Shown piece after piece: positions 1-11,752 of a stretch of DNA of 64,000 bases. Position 1 is the stretch's first letter; each line of letters opens with the position of its first letter. The stretch is taken from positions 26,536,001 to 26,600,000 of the forward strand of contig NC_043018.1 of assembly GCF_006345805.1 (NCBI RefSeq), written 5' to 3'. The position numbers and the translations under genes were made by a program. The stretch comes from Octopus sinensis. Lineage: Eukaryota. The notes under the pieces were generated by a model. The model did not search any database. It saw nothing but the letters and a program-made list of their open reading frames with translations, and was not told the origin of the DNA.

Positions 1-92
1 AGTTTCCATCTTACATTTTTTAAATTCTTGTGAGAGGGAATCATCCTTTTATACAAAAATGCTAATATATTTCTGTGAAATTCATAACTTAA

Positions 93-350
93 CTGAGAGA
101 CCTGCTTGGGGTGGATGCAGATGGCTTCAAAATAAAGCTGGACCTCTTCCTGTCAGGTGTCCCGGATGAACCAACTTCACAGCAGGAGGTGCAGATGAGG
201 GCAGCTGCATCAAACTCTCTCATGCACCAAATGTCAAATTGCTAAAAAGCATTCGTGAAGTAAAATCATGTAGCAACACTGAATGGATGTGCCCCAGCAT
301 GGCCACAGCTCGTGAGCTGAAACTAGATGAAATGAAAAAAAAAATGAAAA
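93..350 (+). mobile_element. 3' end of a CR1-group LINE (ORF2 C-terminal remnant plus 3' UTR/tail)
   Basis: 93-245 reads LRDLLGVDADGFKIKLDLFLSGVPDEPTSQQEVQMRAAASNSLMHQMSNC*. The FKxxLDxFLxxVPDEP...AASNSL pattern resembles C-termini of CR1-group RTs (recalled). It is followed by a GTGCCCCAGCATGGCCACAG...CTGAAAC tail and A-rich repeats. Confidence 0.65.
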
Positions 351-477
351 AATAACATTTGATGAATTCATCTATGCCTTCAGTTATATTTCTTCCTGTT
401 ATATTTCTTAGAATTTTGAGGTTCTTTTTCTGGGAAGATTTTTTTTAAGGCTGCAGTATAAATATATGCATATAACT

Positions 478-778
478 ATATGGCTTAGTGGTTGAGACGG
501 TGCACTCAATACTGATTGTGAGATCATGGTTTCAATACCCAGCCCAGGCATTGTGTAGTGTTCTTGAGCAAAACACTCCATTTCACACTGCACTGCAATC
601 ATTTCATCATCTGACACGTGGCGCGTCATGTACCTGCACAGGTAATGTGGATTTGATGGAGGAAATGAGCTCATGTGAACACGAAGATTTGATCACAATA
701 AACAAATCATCTGTGGGGTTGTTCAGCTAGGAATTCCAGAACTCCCATGTGTTGTCCAACAACAGGAGAGTCCATTAT
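478..778 (+). mobile_element. tRNA-derived SINE (CORE-like family)
   Basis: A-box-like TGGCTTAGTGG, B-box-like GGTTTCAATACC, then GTTCTTGAGCAAAACACT. Homologous copies at about 37706-38010 and 38731-39035, and a related head on - at about 57500-57625. Confidence 0.75.
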
Positions 779-1090
779 ATATATACATATGTATAATTAT
801 AATTTTTTCTCTGTCTGAAAATTTTCTAATAGGAAATTCCTTACATATTTATCTAACATGTAAATCTTCATACTTCCTATTAGCAAATGAAACAAGTATA
901 ATGATGAATAAATAGGACCCAAAAATTTCCATTTTTTGTTGTGTTGTACAATAACTCTGCCAAATATTTCAGTAATTCTCAATTTTAATATGTTTTTTGA
1001 CTAACATACAGCAGCAACTGTGACCACATATTGGATAGTGATAATGAAATAAGCAGATATGCTTGAAGAGGAAACAGCTGAGATTTACCC

Positions 1091-1134
<44 letters not shown>

Positions 1135-1145
<11 letters not shown>

Positions 1146-1339
1146 GAGTGAAAAAACTACAGAAGGCTTGTTTTGTAAGGTTAAAGAATATATTTAAGTT
1201 GTTATGTTAGAAAAATGTTATAAAATTTGCGTATAGTAATATACAAAATTTTATAACATTTTTCTAACATAACAACTTAAATATATTATTTAACCTTATA
1301 AAACAAGCCTTCTGTAGTTTTTTCATTCCTTTATATTTT
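1135..1339. repeat. Long fold-back inverted repeat (about 100-bp arms, about 4-nt loop) next to a (TA)n tract
   Basis: AAAAAACTACAGAAGGCTTGTTTT...GTTATGTTAGAAAAATGTTATAAAATTT is mirrored by AAATTTTATAACATTTTTCTAACATAAC...AAAACAAGCCTTCTGTAGTTTTTT; centre at about 1236-1239. Confidence 0.9.
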
Positions 1340-1497
1340 TTATACATCCAACCATGTGCTTTCACATACCAACTTTCTCACTTATATATATATATAATAT
1401 ATATATATAATCTATATAATTTATATATTGTTAATCTAAGATATAACTATGCCACTTCATACCTTGGTTCCAATATTCACGTTTTGCCAGTAAATTA

Positions 1498-1687
1498 TGA
1501 GGGAGCGCTGATAAGTTGCTGGTTTTGAGTAAAAAAAAATGCAGGAGGATCTCCCCTCTCAGATTCATGCACTTATTGCAGCAGTCCTTCAGATTTTCTA
1601 AGCCCTGTAAAAAATCTTGGAATTTTGGGCCTCTAACCAGGCCTTCCATGATACCCATAAAGCCAGGAACTTTTCAGCACCCCCTCA
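1498..1687. mobile_element. mariner-derived MITE (second copy 2633-2822; related copy 46746-47439)
   Basis: Imperfect TIRs TGAGGGAGCGCTGATAAGTTGCTGGTTTT / AAAGCCAGGAACTTTTCAGCACCCCCTCA, flanked by TA on both sides. The minus strand retains a degenerate mariner C-terminus (GLENLKDCCNKCMNLRGE). Confidence 0.8.
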
Positions 1688-2045
1688 TATAAAGCAAGGT
1701 TTATTGATCAAATGTATGTATGTTTGTTTATATTCTGGATACGTGTGCATGTGTATGTGTGTGCCCATTGACATGTACCTGTATATGTCAGTATAATGTA
1801 GATGTATGGGCACAGCTCTGTGATTAACAAGTTTGTTTTCCAACCATATGATTTCAGGTTCAATCCCATTGCATGGCACCTTAGGCAAGACAGCCTAAGA
1901 TTTAAATAAGATTTATCTCTTATTGTAAATCTCATGTGTCTAAAATCATGATTAAGTTTTGTTTCCATTTAGTTTCTCTTTTTTTTTCATTTTTTTCTTC
2001 TTTTTAAATCACATTTGCTTAGTTCTCACAACATTTTATCTTCAG

Positions 2046-2135
2046 GATAATTTGGCTAGTCGAGGCTTCCAGATCCAGCCTATTGCTCAGCTGTCAAACC
2101 AGCTGTCCAGTCAACCAGCGTTCTCCTCTGCTCAG
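2046..2135 (+). CDS. unc-13: Probable unc-13 cassette exon (90 nt, phase 0-0) in the variable MUN-domain loop, copy 1
   Basis: Long pyrimidine tract with TTTATCTTCAG| acceptor and CAG|GTCAGT donor. Open frame DNLASRGFQIQPIAQLSNQLSSQPAFSSAQ, phase compatible with the exon at 9634. No recognisable homology, so the assignment is by context. Confidence 0.6.
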
Positions 2136-2499
2136 GTCAGTTAGAGGGAGATTTCTTGGATGCAGTGTGCAGTGTTGTGCATCTGCATCCAAGGCGACTG
2201 TCTAACTTAATAACTATGAGGGGTGACACAGCATACAGCTTCTATCTGTCCTCACTGTTTTTATTTTCTTCCGTTCCGTCTGTGCAGTCAGTCTATGCAG
2301 CATAGTAGGCAGATGTGGTTATTTTGTTTCATTTTTGTTGTTGTTATGTGGATATTATACATATACATGTCTCTTTCTCTCTTCCTCTCCTTCCTTCTCT
2401 TCTCTCTCTCCTTCCTTCTTCTCTCTTTATGTGTGTATGTATATGTATATATATATAATATATATAAAATACAAAATGGGACAAGACTGCAGAACATAT

Positions 2500-2531
<32 letters not shown>

Positions 2532-3181
2532 ATATATATATATAATCTATATAATTTATATATTGTTAATCTAAGATATAACTATGCCACTTCATACCTT
2601 GGTTCCAATATTCACGTTTTGCCAGTAAATTATGAGGGAGCGCTGATAAGTTGCTGGTTTTGAGTAAAAAAAAATGCAGGAGGATCTCCCCTCTCAGATT
2701 CATGCACTTATTGCAGCAGTCCTTCAGATTTTCTAAGCCCTGTAAAAAATCTTGGAATTTTGGGCCTCTAACCAGGCCTTCCATGATACCCATAAAGCCA
2801 GGAACTTTTCAGCACCCCCTCATATAAAGCAAGGTTTATTGATCAAATGTATGTATGTTTGTTTATATTCTGGATACGTGTGCATGTGTATGTGTGTGCC
2901 CATTGACATGTACCTGTATATGTCAGTATAAATGTAGATGTATGGGCACAGCTCTGTGATTAACAAGTTTGTTTTCCAACCATATGATTTCAGGTTCAAT
3001 CCCATTGCATGGCACCTTAGGCAAGACAGCCTAAGATTTAAATAAGATTTATCTCTTATTGTAAATCTCATGTGTCTAAAATCATGATTAAGTTTTGTTT
3101 CCATTTAGTTTCTCTTTTTTTTTCATTTTTTTCTTCTTTTTAAATCACATTTGCTTAGTTCTCACAACATTTTATCTTCAG

Positions 3182-3271
3182 GATAATTTGGCTAGTCGAG
3201 GCTTCCAGATCCAGCCTATTGCTCAGCTGTCAAACCAGCTGTCCAGTCAACCAGCGTTCTCCTCTGCTCAG
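3182..3271 (+). CDS. unc-13: Identical second copy of the 90-nt putative unc-13 exon (inside the tandem duplication)
   Basis: Same sequence and splice sites as 2046-2135, offset 1136. May be an assembly duplicate. Confidence 0.45.
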
Positions 3272-3627
3272 GTCAGTTAGAGGGAGATTTCTTGGATGCA
3301 GTGTGCAGTGTTGTGCATCTGCATCCAAGGCGACTGTCTAACTTAATAACTATGAGGGGTGACACAGCATACAGCTTCTATCTGTCCTCACTGTTTTTAT
3401 TTTCTTCCGTTCCGTCTGTGCAGTCAGTCTATGCAGCATAGTAGGCAGATGTGGTTATTTTGTTTCATTTTTGTTGTTGTTATGTGGATATTATACATAT
3501 ACATGTCTCTTTCTCTCTTCCTCTCCTTCCTTCTCTTCTCTCTCTCCTTCCTTCTTCTCTCTTTATGTGTGTATGTATATGTATATATAAATATATATAT
3601 AAAATACAAAATGGGACAAGACTGCAG

Positions 3628-3629
<2 letters not shown>

Positions 3630-3671
<42 letters not shown>

Positions 3672-3895
3672 TATATACATATATACACACATATATATAT
3701 ACATATACACATATATATTCATACATATATCTATATATTCATACATACATATATATATATATGCAATATATGCATATATATATGTGTGTATATATATACA
3801 TATATATTTACATATATGTGTATATATATATATATTTATATATATATATATGTATGTATCTATTTACCTATCTTTCTATCTATCTATCTATCAAG

Positions 3896-3967
<72 letters not shown>
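3630..3967. repeat. (TA)n/(CA)n compound microsatellite
   Basis: Direct reading. Confidence 0.95.
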
Positions 3968-3970
<3 letters not shown>

Positions 3971-5499
3971 TTTAAGTGAGTATATAATACATGAATTTAT
4001 TGTTTTGTTCATTGTGTGTTTTTATTATGTCATGCCATGGATTCTGACTTTTTAAAAATCTTAATTAAGATCCTTAAAAAAAGTTAATTATTGATATTAA
4101 ACCATTACAAATTGCTCATTTATTGATTTAGTGTGTGTGTACATCATCATCATCCTCATATGTGTACATATATAATGCACACGCACACACACACATATAT
4201 GTGTACTTTTTTAATCTAAGATCCAGGAGGTCAAAAATCCAAAGGGCCAAATTGTGGAGGGAAGAGTTATGTAGTCGTATTTTACAGGCTGGCTCTTTTA
4301 GTGAAACAAATTCTTTCACCAATTCAAAAACAGTCTTCTGAAATTGACTATTAGAATCAACTCCATATTCTTAAACAATTGTTCATGCATACCAAAAGAT
4401 CAAAGTTTAAAGAAGAAACTATTTGAGGTTCTTCTGGAAATCCAGAACTTTATATTCTTTCATGTAGGTGACCAAATAGCAAATGTGGTCACCTTAAAAA
4501 AATTATTTGATTTATACTTTATTATTTATATTATTTATATTTATAGATTTTATTTATATTATTATTATTATTTATATAATTCATTATTATTATTATGATT
4601 ATATTATTTATATTATTATTTATATTATTTATATAAATCATCTTTCTTGGACTTAAGAGACTACCATTATTATTGTAACTATATGGTTTGGATGTTTAGT
4701 ACCACTGCATGGCACCATGGGCAAATGTCTTTTGCTATTACTTTGAGTTAATCAATGCCTTGTGAAAGAAATATAAGGTCCCTGTCAATCAAGGTTGATC
4801 AGGAGTCTGCATATATATGTGTAGGAGTGGCCTAGATGTTTTTCTTTTAGGAAGATAGTAGTTTCTTTCATCTCCACAGTACCAATGTTTATCAAAAACA
4901 GAGGACCCCTGTCTTGGGTCAATACAGATGGGGTCAGCATCATAACAATGCAAATAGCTGGAATGCCACAAGGCATCTTTGCTGATAAAACCAAAAGAAC
5001 TTCCGCTTTTCAAGGTTGGTCTCTTGAGATATGTGTTACCGATACTCTGTTGCCACTTTCACTGTCCTGTTGAAAATTCTGTGACGTGGTGCAAGTGGTT
5101 CAACAGTTGGAAATCTCTAACCAACATCTCTATAGTTTTTGAATTGCAATATAGAAAAATATGTCGATAAATATGTATCCTTTCCATTATAAAGATTGTA
5201 GGGTGTGACTTGAGGTCAGATTCAGATTTTATTGCCACCCTAATCAGGTGACGCCAGAGTAACCTCTTATTCCTGTAAATTTGATCCTAACCAACAGCTT
5301 GCATCAGGATTAAGATTGGGTGTACTGATTTCTTTTCTATCCATTTGCAACATGAAAATATAGTTTGTCGGACTTTTTTTTTTATTATATTTTGTTTTTT
5401 TGCCACTAACATTATATTATATATGCATATTCTAGGCATACAGTTAATAATGATTAATTACACCCAAAGCATTGGCTTGCATGTATTTCACATAATATA

Positions 5500-5653
5500 C
5501 TAATTCATATATACGTATGTGTGTGTGTGTATATGTATATATATATTTATATATATATTCATATATATATATATGTATATATATTTATATGTATATATAT
5601 ATTTATATATATACATATAAATATATATATGTGTATATATATACATACACATA

Positions 5654-5699
<46 letters not shown>

Positions 5700-5733
5700 T
5701 GTGTATATATATATACATATACATACATGTATA

Positions 5734-5770
<37 letters not shown>

Positions 5771-5863
5771 TATGTATATATACATATATATATATACATA
5801 TATATATGTATATATACATATATATATATACATATATATATGTATATACATATATATATATAC

Positions 5864-5895
<32 letters not shown>

Positions 5896-6209
5896 TATAC
5901 ATATATATATATACATATACATATATATATATACATATATATATATGTATATATACATATATATATATACATATATACATATACATATGTATATATATAT
6001 ACATATATATATATATTATATGTATATATATATACATATATACATATGTATATATGTATATATATTATATGTATATATATATTTATATATATACATATAA
6101 ATATATATATGTGTATATATATACATACACATATATATGTATATATATATATATATAATATATATATACATATATATGTGTATATATATATAATATACAT
6201 ACATGTATA

Positions 6210-6281
<72 letters not shown>

Positions 6282-6535
6282 CATATATATATATCATATA
6301 TATATATATATTACATATATATATATACATATATATATATATTATATATACATATATATATACATATATATATATACATTATATATATACATATATATAT
6401 ATGTATATATACATATATATATATACATATATATACATATACATATGTATATATATATACATATATACATATGTATATATGTGTATATATATATAATATA
6501 TATATATATACATATATACATATGTATATATATGT
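5500..6535. repeat. About 1-kb (TA)n/(TACA)n compound microsatellite
   Basis: Direct reading; source of the poly-YI pseudo-ORFs. Confidence 0.95.
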
Positions 6536-6536
6536 C

Positions 6537-7375
6537 AGGTGTATATAAATTATGTAAAAATGAAAATAACACTGACATCTCATTTTAACAGATATATTTA
6601 CCAAAATTAAATAAAAATATCTTGAATTACTAAAGAGTTAATTTATTCAATAAATTCGCCATTGACTTCAACCATGATCTCCTTGAAACCTCCTGCAACT
6701 CTTCCAAACTGTCCCCTTGTTTAAATTGGTGAATCCTTGCCTTTAGTTTATCTTTGCTGCTACAAGGAGTTTTGTTGGTCTCTTGCTCAAATGTGCTCCA
6801 CAAATAATAATCAAAGGGTTCGTAGTCTGGGGAGTTAGGTGTCTAGATGTTAGGGGTGATGTGGTCGCAGAAATTGTCTAACACCCATCACTGGGTTCTC
6901 CTGCTTATGTGGCATGGTGCAGAGTCCTGTTGCCAGACCAAGGGTGTTCCAGCAGCCACCCTCTTGACCCAGGGCAGCACTACCTCCTCCAGGCACTTGA
7001 TATAGTCCTCTGTGATGAAATATATGCAAGACAATGTGGAAAGATGAATGGAAGCATAGTGTAATGATCACTAATGATCACTCCAAGCACAATGATGTTG
7101 ACTGTTTGAGTTTTATCACTCTCGGTACATGTCCTCAGATTGACACCCAAGCATTCTGAAATGTTCATATTGAGTGCTTCCGGCATGAATGCCAAGCAGT
7201 ACAGCATGTCATATACTAATTTCTGGTAGAGTGAATTGCATCATGGTGTTATTTATCTCACAGACGGTGCCCAACTGACCCTACTATACTGTGTTTTTGA
7301 TAAAATCAAAAACAAACAATGCACATGCGCAAAATTAAAGATATAAAATGGTGACAATTTACCCATCGCACCCTG
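6537..7375 (-). mobile_element. Internally deleted Tc1/mariner-superfamily element (maT/DD37D-like), copy 1
   Basis: Right TIR GGTGACAATTTACCCATCGCACCCTG followed by TA. Body aligns with 13811-14616. Degenerate transposase on - (NSPDYEPFDYY). Confidence 0.8.
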
Positions 7376-7517
7376 TACATATATGTATGTATATTTTTCT
7401 GTCAGAATCTTAATGCAATATATTTTGTTCTTGTGGTGTAAATTCCTAACCATTCTATGTATGGTATTTAATACTAATATCATATATTTTAATTGATGTT
7501 AATTTTATATTCTCCTG

Positions 7518-7549
<32 letters not shown>

Positions 7550-8317
7550 TAAGTTGCATGTCAGTCCTACAGTACATTGAAGGGTAAAAAAACCTGTTGT
7601 GGCCTATTTTTTGTACTTCAGAAATTTTATCATTTTCTCATTAGAGTACACTGTATATTTAACAATAATCTTTCTTTCTGTGTGGATTTGTGTTGTTGAT
7701 GTTGTTGTTGTTTATTTTTTTGTACTGCATGTTTATAGAATTTGTGATATTTTATTTATTTTCACTATTATGCTTTAATGATTGATGATTATTATAATAA
7801 AATTAATTATTATAATAAAATTAATTAATTGCAATTACTTGTTTAAATTTGCTTTACAGTATAAGATGACTAATTAATATTATCTATTTTATTTATTTAT
7901 TAAAAATAAAAATTCTATGAATCATATTTGCTTTTGACATCCAACACCACTGAAATTAATTTTCTGTAATTATTCTATAATTAATTATCTGATCAACATT
8001 AATTCCTTTTTATTCATTTATTTTTGGTTTTTGTAAAGATGGTTTCATTACTTAAGTATCCTATCAAAATTTAAGTCAAACTTATTTCAGAGTTTCAGAT
8101 AATTTTGTATCAGTATCATACTTTTTAATTAATATATGTTTAATTAATACATCAATATCTGTTGGTTACCTTGTTACATTCTTTGTATACTGTCTGTCTC
8201 GCCCTCTCCCATAAAACAGCCAACCAATCAAATAGCTAAGTGATAAACAATTATTTCAAAAAAAAGAATTTCCTTCCAAAATATCAGAGAAAAACTGTAT
8301 AAATATTAACCAAAACT

Positions 8318-8790
8318 AAGGCAGCAAGCCTTAGTTCTGAGTTCAAATTCTGCCAAGGTTGGCTTTGCCTTTCATCCTTTCAGGGTTGATAAAATAAGTA
8401 CCAGTTGAACACTGGGGTTGATGCAATCACCTTCCCCAAAATTGCTGGCCTTGTGCCAAAATTTGAAATCAATATTTATCAAAACTCAAAGTTTCCATAC
8501 ACGTTTCATCAGTCAACCACTTTGGAATGAAGAATATTAGAGTCGGAATATTTAACGTTGGAATGTTCTAAGGTGGCAAACTGGCAGAATCATTAGTACG
8601 CTGGGCAAAATTCTTAGAGGCATTTCATCCATCTTCATGTTCTGAGTTCAAATTCCGCTGAGGTCAACTTTGCCTCTCATCCTTTAGGAATCAATAAAAT
8701 AAGTACCAGTTATGCACTGGGGTCAATGTAATCGACTTATCCCTCACCACAAAAACAAAATTGCTGCCCTTGTGCCAAAATTTGAAATAG
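8318..8790 (+). mobile_element. Two tRNA-derived SINE copies with the GTTCAAATTC...GCCTTTCATCCTTT..GG..GATAAAATAAGTACCAG core
   Basis: The same core recurs at about 26431, 27538, 37405, 39645, 43205, 50070 and 52090-52810. It resembles the Meta/Sauria-type SINE central domain (recalled, not verified). Confidence 0.75.
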
Positions 8791-9180
8791 GTATTAGATT
8801 GTCCTTGTCTTTTTTTATTTATTTTAAAACCTGGCAGGGAATCACTAATTTCATAATATTCATTCAACATTTCATTAATTTGTTGTTCCCTAATGTTGTA
8901 ATTAACTTATTCAAGGCTGATAAATTAGCAGAATTAGTAGAATGGGAGAACAAAATGATTTGCAGCAGTTAAATACATTCATTTAGGTTTGTTTTTTTTT
9001 CTAAGTCCAAATTCCTCTGAGAGTAACTTTACCTTTGACCCTTCCAGAGTCAACGAAGCATTTAGGTTCATTTCATCAATTCTTCTACTTAGTCCCCTTT
9101 TCTGCCTGTTGTCTTGTGTTTCTGGTACAAATCATAATTTCTTTATTCACTTCCATCCATCCAGCCAGCCATCTTCATAG

Positions 9181-9425
9181 TCCATTGTTCCTAGAAGGGT
9201 TGCAGTGGAAGCATCCTCGGGCCCTTCTCCATACTGTCTTATCAGAAGCAACTGTCATGACACTTTCCAAATGAATTCCAAAGCATGACCAATGGAGACT
9301 ATGCAGATTATCCAACCAACCCATTCTAGGTCTATCCTTATGTCTCAGCTTGAGAAATCCATCTTATGTTTCTTCCTTGAGACATTCTAATCACATGTCC
9401 ATGGCACCAGATCTGTAACTTCACA
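9181..9425 (-). mobile_element. Degenerate RTE-type LINE 3' fragment
   Basis: The minus strand shows W(C)HGHVIRM...RPRMGWLD-like motifs typical of RTE ORF C-termini, with frameshifts. Confidence 0.5.
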
Positions 9426-9633
9426 ATTAGTCTCTGCAAATCGCTTTGCTTTTTTCGGCTTATTTCTTTGTTACTGTGATCACTGACAAAAATTTAATGA
9501 CTCATTATAATTAACAATTACTGTAGATTTCATTGATCGACTGGTTTTGTTTTTTGTGCTGTTTTTTCCTCACTAATTTTTCTAGAATAACATTAACTGT
9601 AGCATCTCTTATTATTATTATTATTTTCCCCAG

Positions 9634-9859
9634 GATATTTCCAAAGAGATAGAGAAGAATCTAACACCAAAGCAGTGTGCGGCGCTTGACTTGGCCCTGG
9701 ATACAATAAAGAACTATTTCCATGCTGGCGGCCAAGGACTTAAGAAAGCCTTCCTGGACAAAAGTGCTGAACTTCAATCATTACGCTATGCACTTTCATT
9801 ATACACTCAAACAACTGATACACTCATTAAAACATTCGTTAATACCGAAACACAACAAG
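9634..9859 (+). CDS. unc-13: unc-13/Munc13 exon, C-terminal MUN domain (phase 0 to 1)
   Basis: TTTTCCCCAG| acceptor and CAAG|GTATGG donor. Encodes [75 protein letters not shown], the hallmark Munc13 LTPKQC...[27 protein letters not shown] motif. Confidence 0.97.
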
Positions 9860-9894
9860 GTATGGTCATTAGTATCATTATTTTGTGTGTGCAT

Positions 9895-9978
9895 TTGTAA
9901 TGTGTCTTCTACTATAGCCTCGAGCCAACCAAAGCCTTGTGAGTGGATTTGGTAGACGGAAACTGAAAGAAGCCTGTC

Positions 9979-10047
<69 letters not shown>

Positions 10048-10275
10048 GTGTGTGTGTATATGTTTGTATGTCTGTGTTTGTCCCCTTCCCCAACATCGAT
10101 TGACAACCGATGCTGGTGTGTTTACATCCCCGTAACTTAGCGGTTCACCAAAAGGCACCGACAGAGAAAGTACTAGGCTTACAAAGAATAAGTCCTGGGA
10201 TCAATGTGCTCAACTAAAGGCGGTGCTCCAGCATGGTCACAGTCAAATGACTGAAACAAGTAAATGAGTAAAAAG
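9895..10275 (+). mobile_element. 5'-truncated SINE with internal (TA)n/(TG)n tract
   Basis: CCAAAGCCTTGTGAGTGGATTTGGTAGACGGAAACTGAAAGAAGCC ... GCTCCAGCATGGTCACAGTCAAATGACTGAAACAAG; same family as 16617-17013. Confidence 0.8.
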
Positions 10276-11192
10276 AAAGTAACAGTATATATATATATAT
10301 ATATGCACTTGCATTTTTTATGTATGTAAAAAGTGAGGAGTGTATATATTTGTGATGTGTATGTGTATATATACCATGTTACTTGCAAGCAATTTGGTGA
10401 CTTCATTTGTTCTGGTGCCATGACAAAATAAAAGCACTAACTACATTCTATAAAGTGGTTGGCATTAGGAAAGGCATCCTGCCATAGAAACCATGTCAAA
10501 GAAACATCAAATGATTCTGATAATATATGTATGAGCCGGCCAGGTAGAAGAGTGCACCAGGGTACTGTGTCTGTTTCGGCATGGTTTTTACAGCTGGATG
10601 CCCTTAATAATACCAACCACCCTGCAGAGAGGACTGAGTGCTTTTTTACACACCACCGGCACAGGTGAGGTCAGTTTTGGCATGGATTTTACTGCTGGAT
10701 ACCCTTCCAGGTGCCAACCACTTCACAGTGTGGACTGGATACTTTTTCTGTGACACCATCAATATATATATATAAGTTCAGCAAAATTTAGATTCAGATG
10801 GATATGGTTTTTAAGTTAAAGGCACCATACCAAATTCTGGTGACTATATATATATATATATATCGTTTATAGAAATACATAAATACAGAGGAGAAGCACA
10901 CTCTAAGATGTAGATGGTAACCTCATAAACCAGCCTACCCCACTATAATATATATATATATATATAATATATATATATATATATAATGCAGTTGTTTGTT
11001 ATTAAATTCTTCTGAAATCATTTGAAATTGACTTCCACTCCTTATTCCTTCGCCAAATGATTTAATTTATTTTTATGATATTTTATAATTCTTGCTAATT
11101 GCCAGTTCATTCTGGCACAAGTCTTTTTTTCAGATCAGTGTGACTCTTTCATTCTATGTCCCTATTTGTTTTCCATTGATTCTCCCACAAAG

Positions 11193-11210
11193 CCAAAGTA
11201 TATGGACAAG
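11193..11210 (+). CDS. unc-13: Candidate 18-nt unc-13 microexon (phase 1-1, adds AKVYGQ)
   Basis: Pyrimidine-rich tract then CACAAAG|CCAAAGTATATGGACAAG|GTATGG. Frame-preserving, and the donor is identical to that of the preceding exon. Confidence 0.5.
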
Positions 11211-11752
11211 GTATGGGTGAGGAATTTATCTAAACCAGGACTACCATGTTATGTTGGCAAATAATCTTTACTCCAGACTACTGTTACTGAGTGCCTTTCA
11301 TTGAGAGATTTACAAATAGAGATTTTTCTATTTCATTAAACCGGTGACTGTCTCACTTTGAAAACTGTATATTTTGAACAAGGATTTCGCAGCAACACCT
11401 CTAACCACACAGTTATTCTGTGCTGATTAAGGGAAATAACCCAGAAATCACGATACACAGATATTGTTTTGTGCTGAGTGGGGATGCTAAACTCCCTTGT
11501 TCGAAATATAAAGACACAGATAGTGTGTCGTATAGCCAGCTGGAGGTGATGTTTCCTCGGACTAAATAGCAGTAACGCTTGCCTTAGACTAGTACTGCCA
11601 CATAATGTTGGTAAATAATACTGTTACTGAATGTCATTCATTGAGAGATTTACAAATAGAAATTTATCAGTTTACAAAAAAAATATTCTTGTACAATTTA
11701 TATCTCACATTTTTCTCTTTTTTACCATTTCTATTTATTTTCTGCCACATAG

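Larger units (their letters stand above)
1383..3655. repeat. Tandem duplication, unit about 1135-1136 bp, two near-identical copies bounded by (TA)n tracts
   Basis: Sequence from 1411 (TCTATATAATTTATATATTGTTAATCTAAG) recurs at 2546. The only differences seen are a 1-nt indel (GTATAATG vs GTATAAATG) and TA-tract variation. Confidence 0.95.

Noticed and set aside
478-560. tRNA-like A/B boxes here and in many other places
   Set aside because: They are SINE heads; no complete cloverleaf is present and they are followed by SINE bodies.
2288-2308. Acceptor-like TTCCGTCTGTGCAG followed by SVYAA** (possible poison or alternative terminal exon)
   Set aside because: No convincing donor or homology; acceptor-like sites are frequent in T-rich introns.
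3359-6604. Long ORFs (up to 355 aa) of [12 protein letters not shown] composition, here and at 20.8-23 kb, 36-38 kb and 51-55 kb
   Set aside because: They are translations of (TA)n/(CA)n/(TG)n microsatellites that lack stop codons by composition.
11134-11210. Longer 77-nt version of the microexon using the TTTTTTTCAG acceptor at 11133
   Set aside because: It is not a multiple of 3 and would frameshift the C2C exons; kept only as a possible cryptic site.
11278-11665. Imperfect direct repeat of about 45 bp (TACTGTTACTGA.TG...TTCATTGAGAGATTTACAAATAGA) at about 11279 and 11619
   Set aside because: Only two diverged copies and no element identifiable between them; likely an old local duplication.
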